Assembly (NCBI RefSeq): GCF_000015225.1 | Contig: NC_008698.1 | Coordinates: 870,001 to 902,000, forward strand | Direction of reading: 5' to 3' | Source of the DNA: Thermofilum pendens Hrk 5 | GTDB taxonomy: Archaea > Thermoproteota > Thermoprotei > Thermofilales > Thermofilaceae | Length of the DNA stretch: 32,000 bases | In this document: positions 1-6,567 of the stretch, piece after piece | How the letters are laid out: each line of letters opens with the position of its first letter | Numbering within the stretch: position 1 is the stretch's first letter | Position numbers and translations under genes: made by a program | Notes under the pieces: model-generated | The model's database searches: none | Told to the model about the DNA's origin: nothing | What the model saw: the letters and a program-made list of their open reading frames with translations, nothing else

Positions 1-808
1 ACGGCGTCGTCGCGGCGACTTTTACCTGGACGCTGTACTGGCTCTTCACAAACGGCCCTAGCTTGCTGACGTTCATGAGGAACTCCAGCGTCCTCCTCTC
101 GTTGACGTTCATGCGCCCCGTTGTGAGAAGGTAGCACTGGACGGGCGCCCCCTCTACCTGGGCTTGGGCGTTCTCGATGTACCCCTCGCCCTGCACCCAT
201 ATGTCGACGAAGAACCTGACGACGTAGGGCTCGTAGTCTATCTTCAGGTAGGGCTCGACGTACACGTACGTCTTCGGCGCTATAACCCTCACGGGGATAC
301 TCGTGAACGCCGAGTAGTAGCCGGACTCCTGTATCGGGGAGCCTCCCTTCGGGACCGCCTCGTAGTAGTACGAGAGGTCTATCCTGAGGCTAGTGTCCTT
401 CACGTCCCCGGGCGCCATCTGCGACGCGAAGAACCTCGGGGTAAGCTTTACGGAGAGGTACGCTTGCCGGCCGAGCGAGAGCGGTATGGGGGTGTCGGGG
501 ACGTACTCGTAGACGCTCGTATCCACCGTGAACCTAAGCGCCTTGAGGTAGAACACCTTGAGGTCTCCCTCCACCTCGGTTATCGTGACGGTCACCGGTA
601 CCTCGTACTCGTTAGTAGCCACGAGCTCCGACGGAACCTTCACCGATACCTTTAACCATATGGGGCCTATCTTTACGAGGGACTCCTTCTGGGTCTGCTG
701 CGAGAAGGCAGGCTGAGGAGCGGCGAAGACTACTAAAAGGAGGAGCACCACCAGGATGAAGCGCGCGGAGGATACTTGCAAGCTCTCTCTCCGTTTACTC
801 CTAACCAT
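1..808 (-). CDS. Secreted protein of unknown function (3' end beyond window start)
   Basis: Absent from the ORF track because it has no stop in the window. My reverse-complement translation from ATG (808..806) reads MVRSKRRESLQVSSARFILVVLLLLVVFAAPQPAFSQQTQKESLVKIGPIWLKVSV... and stays open to base 1. The N-terminus is a basic-hydrophobic signal peptide. The listed + ORF 164..655 is its antisense shadow. Confidence 0.6.
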   Translation of the reverse strand, partial: MVRSKRRESLQVSSARFILVVLLLLVVFAAPQPAFSQQTQKESLVKIGPIWLKVSVKVPSELVATNEYEVPVTVTITEVEGDLKVFYLKALRFTVDTSVYEYVPDTPIPLSLGRQAYLSVKLTPRFFASQMAPGDVKDTSLRIDLSYYYEAVPKGGSPIQESGYYSAFTSIPVRVIAPKTYVYVEPYLKIDYEPYVVRFFVDIWVQGEGYIENAQAQVEGAPVQCYLLTTGRMNVNERRTLEFLMNVSKLGPFVKSQYSVQVKVAATTP

Positions 809-830
809 ACACAACACTCCTCCCATCCGG

Positions 831-838
831 CTATAAAT
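831..838 (-). promoter_or_regulatory. TATA box (minus-strand ATTTATAG) for the secreted-protein gene
   Basis: A/T octamer centred ~27 bp upstream of ATG 808, the leaderless geometry repeated across the window. Confidence 0.45.
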
Positions 839-997
839 CTATAGCGCACAACGTGTTATGCTTGGTCTTGCTTGACGTAAGTTTTCCTCAGTGTCTAATG
901 ACTTCCCGTGAAACTGTGTCTATAAACGGTGTCTATCGAGAGCATTAGAAGTAATGTTAAGGTTCTTGCCCTTAACTTTGATCGGCACGCGTTCCAG

Positions 998-1984
998 CTA
1001 TTCGAGGCCGTACGTCGAGAAGCGTAGCTTCCCAACTTTCTCCTCAACCACTCTCCGGTATCTCTCGTCTAAGTAGGCCCTGTAGAGGCACGTCTTGCAG
1101 AGAGGCCTGGAGGAGGGTTCCCCGCAGACCGCGCACCTCGAGGGCTTTCGGGAGGGCTTCCTAGCCGTTTTCCTCGCGAGCTCCTTTACCGCTAGGACCC
1201 TGTACTTGAAGCCGGGAGAGGAGTCCTCGACTTCGTTTACCCAGTGCCTTATCGGGTGCCTGAGCGCGTAGACTATGTAGGGGCACTCCACGAACGGCGT
1301 GTAGATGTTCCTTATCAGCGTGTAGGCAAGCACCTCCTTCTCCGGTATGAAGTAGAGCGGCTTTATGCGGGGGACGAGGTCCCCCTCTTCCGCTCTCTCA
1401 GAGACGATACCCTCCCTCAGTATCCCCTCGACGTGGTTCTTTAAGGCGTTCATCACGAAGACCTGTACCTCGTCGTCCAGGTTATGCCCCGTTGCGAGCT
1501 TGTCCGCGCCTGCCTCCCGGGCGGCGTGGTTCATCACGTACCTCCTCAAAACGCCGCAGACACTGCACGGCTTTACCTTGAACCCCTTCTCCCTCAGAGC
1601 CTTCACCGCCTCGTCCAGCGTGAAGCCGAAGTACTCTTTGAACGACCCTACGATTATCTCGACGCCCAGCCTGCCGGCAAGGCTCCTCAACGCCTCGAGC
1701 TTGTACTCCCTGTAGCCCGCTATACCCTCGTCTACCGCCACCCCGAAGACCTCCACGCCGAGCTCCCCGGCGAACCTGGAGAAGAGGTAGAGAGTGGTCA
1801 GGCTATCCTTACCCCCGCTAACAGCAACGGCTACTCTCTCGCCCCTCTCGACGAGCTTGTAGAACCTGACGGCCTCCAGGAAGCGCCTCTCGAAGTACTC
1901 CGCGAAGTGCTCGCTACAGAGGTAGTCCCCCAGGTAGGAAACGTACACAGACGCCCTGCGCCCGCACACGTAGCACTTGGCCAA
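998..1984 (-). CDS. ttuA: TtuA/Ncs6(Ctu1)-family tRNA 2-thiouridine synthetase (PP-loop ATPase, Fe-S type)
   Basis: 328-aa ORF with a TTG start. PP-loop SGGKDS. N-terminal CYVCG...CSEHF and C-terminal CAVCG...CKTC zinc-finger motifs. Central cysteines (PCSVCG, ECPY) as in [4Fe-4S] TtuA-type thiolases. Sits immediately downstream of a GG-terminal beta-grasp gene. Confidence 0.85.
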   Translation of the reverse strand: MAKCYVCGRRASVYVSYLGDYLCSEHFAEYFERRFLEAVRFYKLVERGERVAVAVSGGKDSLTTLYLFSRFAGELGVEVFGVAVDEGIAGYREYKLEALRSLAGRLGVEIIVGSFKEYFGFTLDEAVKALREKGFKVKPCSVCGVLRRYVMNHAAREAGADKLATGHNLDDEVQVFVMNALKNHVEGILREGIVSERAEEGDLVPRIKPLYFIPEKEVLAYTLIRNIYTPFVECPYIVYALRHPIRHWVNEVEDSSPGFKYRVLAVKELARKTARKPSRKPSRCAVCGEPSSRPLCKTCLYRAYLDERYRRVVEEKVGKLRFSTYGLE

Positions 1985-1997
1985 CAGGTCCGCCCCG

Positions 1998-2219
1998 CTA
2001 ACCGCCCGATACCACCGAGTGAAGTTTCACGCGCGTCCCAGGCTTCACCGGCTCGTCCTCGGCTACAACCTCCCCGTCGACGGTTACGACCACCTCGCTG
2101 ACCCTAAGCCCGAGCGTAGTGACGAGGTCCCGGAGAGTCGAGCCCCTGGGAACCTCCACCTTCCTCACCTCCCTGCCGAACACGTCTACCTCGACGGACA
2201 CGTACTCCTCGACGCCCAT
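1998..2219 (-). CDS. ttuB: Ubiquitin-like sulfur-carrier protein (ThiS/MoaD/TtuB/SAMP/Urm1-like), C-terminal Gly-Gly
   Basis: 73 aa from ATG 2219 (the track starts at TTG 2231). Sequence MGVEEYVSVEVDVFGREVRKVEVPRGSTLRDL...KLHSVVSGG-stop. The stop lies 13 nt before the ttuA start. Size and GG end fit beta-grasp sulfur carriers. Confidence 0.75.
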   Translation of the reverse strand: MGVEEYVSVEVDVFGREVRKVEVPRGSTLRDLVTTLGLRVSEVVVTVDGEVVAEDEPVKPGTRVKLHSVVSGG

Positions 2220-2392
2220 AGAGCACCCCAAAGGATCCGCTCACCAAGGCTATAGACCTTTCGCGCACGACCCTGCGTATACCCCCGGGAACGGGCACCT
2301 CCTGAACCTATCGGCCTTGCTCTCAGGACGCTCGTCGACTCCCTATGCGCGGTGGCTCTCGGCTTAGAAAACTTCTGAGGTTGCCGCAAGGC

Positions 2393-2399
2393 TTTATAA
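2393..2399 (+). promoter_or_regulatory. TATA box TTTATAA
   Basis: Centred 27 bp upstream of ATG 2423. Confidence 0.5.
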
Positions 2400-2422
2400 C
2401 CGCGCGTACAACATCGCAGACG

Positions 2423-2683
2423 ATGTCGTCGAGTGTTTTCCAGAGGAAGGATGTCCCGGTCGTAAACGTCGGGAAGAAGGGTCTCGACGAGGGGGTCATC
2501 GAGGAGATAAACAACATACTCGAGTCAAGAGGTATAGTCAAGGTCAAGTTGCTAAAGAACTTCAGAGAGACTTACGGGCTATCGCCAGAGGAGGTTGCAG
2601 TCATAATATCGCAGAGGCTCGGAGCGGAAATCCTGGGGGTCAGGGGCTTCGTCATAGCATTCAGGAAACGCAGAGCCGCTTAG
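2423..2683 (+). CDS. YhbY/CRM-domain RNA-binding protein
   Basis: Track ORF is 2345..2683, trimmed to ATG 2423 because of the TATA position. VVNVGKKGLDEGVIEEINNILESRGIVKVKLL...ILGVRGFVIAFRK matches the CRS1_YhbY pattern. Confidence 0.75.
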   Translation: MSSSVFQRKDVPVVNVGKKGLDEGVIEEINNILESRGIVKVKLLKNFRETYGLSPEEVAVIISQRLGAEILGVRGFVIAFRKRRAA

Positions 2684-2718
2684 CCTGTGCTTTGAAAGGC
2701 TACGCGAGCTTTTCCCGG

Positions 2719-2725
2719 TTTTTTT
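2719..2725 (+). terminator. T7 run downstream of the YhbY-like gene
   Basis: TTTTTTT lies 36 nt after the stop. Oligo-T is the usual archaeal termination signal. Confidence 0.4.
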
Positions 2726-2744
2726 GACTTCTGTGAGGCGCTAC

Positions 2745-3533
2745 TCACTGTTCTGAGACGTTTCTCAGGTACTTCACTTCTCCGAAGTCGAATATCCCGG
2801 CTTCAAGGTCGACCCCGTATGCTTTGTATTCGTCTACGCCCGTCTCCCTGAGGAGGGGAGAGAGGAAGGATCTCTCAACGTTCACCTCTGTTCCCGGCAT
2901 GAGGGGGCTGAGGGCGGGTAGCACGTACACCTGCTTTCCTGTGTAGGACCCCTCCAGGAGAGCCTTCAGCTTCACCTTTACACCCAGGCTGTCCCGCAGG
3001 GCGAGGGCGGGGTGCTCGTGCCCCATCGCCACGAACCGTACGTCCTCCCTGAACCCCTCGACCGGGAAGGGCTTATGCCCGTGGATGAACAGCCAATCAC
3101 CCTCCAGCAGGTAGGGGTCGTGAAACGGTATCTCGAGCCTCTTCAAGACGACGACGAGGTAGTTGTCGTGGTTCCCCCTCACAACGTCCACCCTCACACC
3201 GAGCCCCCTCTTCAAGTACTCGAGGAGGTCTATAGTCTCGCGCCACTCCTGCCGCGTAACGTCGCCGAACTCGTGCTTCACGTCCCCCAGTATTATCACC
3301 CTCTCGGCGCCGCTCTCGCCAATCATGGCGGCTAAGGCCTCCTTCATCTCCCTCGCCTGGAGAGGCGGAACGAACACCCCCTGCTCCGCCAGCGCCCCCT
3401 CGTAGCCCACGTGGAGATCCGCGACAAGGAGGCTCCCCAGCTCCTCTACGTAGAGACCATAGCCTACAACTTCCAGCCCCCTGCGTAGCCGGAGGCGGGG
3501 AACCTCCAAGACGCTCGTGCGAGCCACGCACAA
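2745..3533 (-). CDS. Calcineurin-like metallophosphoesterase (SbcD/Mre11-related, PdeM-like family)
   Basis: Motifs ADLHVG, GDVKHEF, GNHD, IHGH, GHEHP in canonical order. 262 aa, TTG/GTG start region. Confidence 0.8.
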   Translation of the reverse strand: MCVARTSVLEVPRLRLRRGLEVVGYGLYVEELGSLLVADLHVGYEGALAEQGVFVPPLQAREMKEALAAMIGESGAERVIILGDVKHEFGDVTRQEWRETIDLLEYLKRGLGVRVDVVRGNHDNYLVVVLKRLEIPFHDPYLLEGDWLFIHGHKPFPVEGFREDVRFVAMGHEHPALALRDSLGVKVKLKALLEGSYTGKQVYVLPALSPLMPGTEVNVERSFLSPLLRETGVDEYKAYGVDLEAGIFDFGEVKYLRNVSEQ

Positions 3534-3607
3534 CCCTACTTAGAGGGCGTCCAGAGGGCTCTTAAACTATTCGCCGCGCCGGATTGGGGCACTTAACCCC
3601 GTAAAAC

Positions 3608-3614
3608 CTATTAA
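3608..3614 (+). promoter_or_regulatory. TATA box CTATTAA
   Basis: Centred 27 bp upstream of ATG 3638. Confidence 0.45.
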
Positions 3615-3637
3615 CGCGTGACTCTGTGTAGAGGTGT

Positions 3638-4924
3638 ATGAGCTCCGAGCAGAGGACTTCGCGTATACCGGAGTTCTACAAGAAGCCGATAGAGGAAAGG
3701 CTGAAGATAGTGGCTGAGTTCGCCGGGCTTACAGAGGAGGAGGTAGCCCTGCTCAAGAACTTCGGCAACCTCGACAGGAAGATAGCGGACTCCATGATAG
3801 AGAACGTTATAGGCGCTATGAGCTACCCCTTCGCAGTCGCCGTGAACTTCCTGATAAACGGGAAGGACTACATAGTCCCGATGGTCATAGAGGAGGCGAG
3901 CGTCGTCGCGGCTGCGAGTAACGCGGCAAGGGTTATGAGGAGGGATGGCGGAATAAAGTCTGTTGCGACCCAGCCCATAATGATAGGCCAGATACAGGTA
4001 CTCGGTGTCAAGGATCCGTGGTACAAGCGGATGGTGTTGCTGGAGCACAAGGAGGAGATACTCCAGAAGGCCAACGAGGTTGACCCCGTCCTCGTGAAGT
4101 TCGGGGGAGGCGCCAGGGACTTGGAGGCGAGGGTTGTTGAGAGCCCCAGGGGACCGATGCTGATAGTACACCTACTCGTGGATGTTCGCGACGCGATGGG
4201 CGCTAACGCCGTAAACACGATGGCAGAGAAGGTTGCCCCGATGATTGAGCGCTTGACAGGTGGGCGCGTACTCCTGAGGATAATCTCGAACCTCGCGGAC
4301 AGGCGCCTGGTGAGATCCTGGGTGAAGGTGTACAAGGAGGACATAGGCGGCGAGGAGGTCGTCGACGCGATAGTGGACGCCTGGGCATTCGCGGCGGCAG
4401 ACCCCTACAGGGCGGCTACCCATAACAAGGGCATAATGAACGGGGTAATAGCGGTGGCGCTCGCAACAGCTCAGGATCACAGGGCGATAGAGGCGGGTGC
4501 CCATGCCTACGCGGCTAGGACGGGGAGGTACATGCCTCTCTCGACTTGGGAGAAGGACCAGGACGGGAACCTGGTAGGAACGCTCGAAATGCCAATGGCT
4601 GTTGGCACGATAGGCGGTGCGACGAAAGTCCACCCGGTGGCGAAGATAGCGCTCAAGATACTCGGCGTGAAGACGGCCACGGAGCTAGCCGAGGTCATGG
4701 GGGCCGTGGGGCTCGCGCAGAACTTCGCGGCGCTACGGGCGCTCGCGACGGAGGGGATACAGAAGGGGCACATGAGGCTACACGCCAGGAACCTAGCCAT
4801 AATGGCGGGGGCAACGGGTGACCTCATAGACAGGGTCGTCGAGATAATGGTGAGCGAGGGTAAGATCAACTTCGCCTACGCCCAAGAGCTCGTCAACAAG
4901 CTCTCAAAGGAGGGTCGAGCCTAG
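3638..4924 (+). CDS. hmgA: Hydroxymethylglutaryl-CoA reductase, class II type
   Basis: 428 aa. ENVIGAMSYPFAVAVNFLINGKDYIVPMVIEEASVVAAAS, PRGPMLIVHLLVDVRDAMGANAVNTMAE, DPYRAATHNKGIMNG and EGIQKGHMRLHARN are near-colinear with the P. mevalonii class II enzyme as I recall it. Confidence 0.95.
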   Translation: MSSEQRTSRIPEFYKKPIEERLKIVAEFAGLTEEEVALLKNFGNLDRKIADSMIENVIGAMSYPFAVAVNFLINGKDYIVPMVIEEASVVAAASNAARVMRRDGGIKSVATQPIMIGQIQVLGVKDPWYKRMVLLEHKEEILQKANEVDPVLVKFGGGARDLEARVVESPRGPMLIVHLLVDVRDAMGANAVNTMAEKVAPMIERLTGGRVLLRIISNLADRRLVRSWVKVYKEDIGGEEVVDAIVDAWAFAAADPYRAATHNKGIMNGVIAVALATAQDHRAIEAGAHAYAARTGRYMPLSTWEKDQDGNLVGTLEMPMAVGTIGGATKVHPVAKIALKILGVKTATELAEVMGAVGLAQNFAALRALATEGIQKGHMRLHARNLAIMAGATGDLIDRVVEIMVSEGKINFAYAQELVNKLSKEGRA

Positions 4925-4932
4925 ACCCTAAG

Positions 4933-5307
4933 TCACCCTTCTTTCTCTCTCAGGGATCTCAGCGTGGACGCGAAGTACTCGTTGAGCACCCTGTCGGACC
5001 CGAGGATCTGCCTAGCCTCCCCCGAGACAAGCCTGATAAGCGAGTCCTTCTCTCCCCCCGCCTTATCGCTGGCCCTCACTCGTTTCTCCACAGAAACCAC
5101 GCCGATTCCCTGAAGCTTCTTCAGAACCTTCTCCACAATTTTCCTATCCCAGGCGTACTCGACCCTCCCGAGCTTCACCCTGTTCACGGCGTCTTCGAGT
5201 TCGCTCGCCCAGAGGCTCCCGCCGAACACTATCAATGCGCGTAGAACATCCCTCGCAACCTCCCCCTCGACACTCCCCTCCTCCAGGAGTTTCTTCAGCT
5301 TGGACAC
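4933..5307 (-). CDS. Hypothetical protein (possible small winged-helix protein)
   Basis: Track ORF 4933..5355 begins at a GTG inside the TATA element. GTG 5307 (VSKLKKLLEEG...) lies ~31 bp from the TATA. No recognisable catalytic motif. Confidence 0.45.
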   Translation of the reverse strand: MSKLKKLLEEGSVEGEVARDVLRALIVFGGSLWASELEDAVNRVKLGRVEYAWDRKIVEKVLKKLQGIGVVSVEKRVRASDKAGGEKDSLIRLVSGEARQILGSDRVLNEYFASTLRSLREKEG

Positions 5308-5334
5308 ACGCCTCCTAGGCAATACCGCACGCAC

Positions 5335-5342
5335 ATATATAA
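5335..5342. promoter_or_regulatory. Single ATATATAA element between divergent genes (candidate bidirectional TATA)
   Basis: Only A/T-rich element between start 5307 (-) and start 5372 (+). It lies ~31 and ~33 bp from them. Confidence 0.4.
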
Positions 5343-5371
5343 CGCTATTGTGCACTAGGAGCGGGGATGGG

Positions 5372-5992
5372 ATGGAGGGGCTCTGGGTAGCCGTCTACGT
5401 TGGGTACGTGGCACTGGTGAACGTTTACCCTGAGGCAGCCTACCTAGAGCTACTGGCCTGCAGCTTCTTCCTTTTACGCGGCAACTCCGCGCTTACGGGT
5501 AGCAGGCTGGACGGCAGGGCGGCGGTTTTCCTGCTGGTAGCCCCCGTGGCGTTCCAGCCGCTCCTATACGTGCGTAGCGTTACCCTCCCGTCTCCGCTCT
5601 CACTCCTCTTCGCTGTTCTGGCGTCGTTCTCCGAGGAGTACTTCTTCCGCGGCTTCCTGTTAGGCGTAGCAGGAAACCCCCTCCAGGCGTACCTCTTTGC
5701 CCTCTCCCACCTAGCCCTCTCAGATCCCGTTTACCTCGTGAACTCCGCACTGCTCGTACCTCACTACTTCCTCTTAGGGCTCGTCGCAGGCCTGCTCGCA
5801 GAGAGGTGGGGGTTGCTAAGCTCTATACTCTTCCACGCGGCTTACAACGCCTGCTCCATCTTCCTGTACGTGGAGTACTCCCTCCAAGCCTTGCTACTCC
5901 TCGTACTCCTAGACGCCGCGTTGCTCGTTGCGACTTTCCTCCTAACGACTTGTAAAAAATCGATTTTAACGGCAAGAGTTTTACCTTTCTAG
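5372..5992 (+). CDS. CPBP-family intramembrane glutamic endopeptidase (CAAX-protease-like)
   Basis: Polytopic hydrophobic protein with SEEYFFRGFL (EExxxR), FALSH and FHAAYN motifs. Trimmed from track start 5300 to ATG 5372. Confidence 0.75.
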   Translation: MEGLWVAVYVGYVALVNVYPEAAYLELLACSFFLLRGNSALTGSRLDGRAAVFLLVAPVAFQPLLYVRSVTLPSPLSLLFAVLASFSEEYFFRGFLLGVAGNPLQAYLFALSHLALSDPVYLVNSALLVPHYFLLGLVAGLLAERWGLLSSILFHAAYNACSIFLYVEYSLQALLLLVLLDAALLVATFLLTTCKKSILTARVLPF

Positions 5993-6045
5993 AGTTGAAT
6001 AACTGCGGGCAAGGCTTATAGAAGGGCGTGTTCGTGCCATCCCCC

Positions 6046-6567
6046 GTGAACCGCACGGCTAAACTGTCTTTAACGGCATTAACGGCTGCACTAGCGCTGG
6101 CGTTCTCCGTTCTCAAGCTAGAGGCGCCCTTCCCCGTCCTACCGTACCTGAAGTTCGACCTGGCGGAGGTTCCCGTTACTCTCGGCTTCCTGCTCTGCGG
6201 CCTGCCTTACGGTGTAGCGGCGGAAACCGTGCACTTCCTCGGGCTCGTAGCGAGAGGCGCCGACCCCCTGGGGGCGTTCATGAAGTTCCTGGCCGTGGTA
6301 TCCATGTTCCTCGGCGCGTATAGGTTCTCCTCGGCTGTCACCAGGCTCGCCTTGGGGGTCGCTGCACGCGTAGCCGCGATGACCCTGGCGAGCTACGCTT
6401 ACTTCTACCTGCTGTTCCCCGGCTTTCTGGGCTACGCTTTGAAGTACACTGGAAGCGTCTACGCGCTGTTCGCTTACACCGCGCTATTCAACGTGATTCA
6501 CGGAGCAGCAACGATGGCTCTCTCTATGCTCGTGGTCCGGGAGGTCAAGAAGAGGGTTAGGATCTAG
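6046..6567 (+). CDS. ECF-transporter S-component-like membrane protein
   Basis: Track ORF 6028..6567. GTG 6046 lies 27 bp from CTTATAGA (6015..6022). About 5-6 TM helices. LKFDLAEVPVTLGFLLCGLPYG resembles the ECF_trnsprt signature. No EcfA/T genes nearby. Confidence 0.45.
   Translation: MNRTAKLSLTALTAALALAFSVLKLEAPFPVLPYLKFDLAEVPVTLGFLLCGLPYGVAAETVHFLGLVARGADPLGAFMKFLAVVSMFLGAYRFSSAVTRLALGVAARVAAMTLASYAYFYLLFPGFLGYALKYTGSVYALFAYTALFNVIHGAATMALSMLVVREVKKRVRI

Noticed and set aside
164-655. 163-aa + strand ORF in the track
   Set aside because: It is an antisense shadow of the edge-truncated minus-strand secreted-protein gene (1..808). Its composition is low-complexity (L/V/R/E/D/H-rich), it starts at TTG and it has no promoter geometry.
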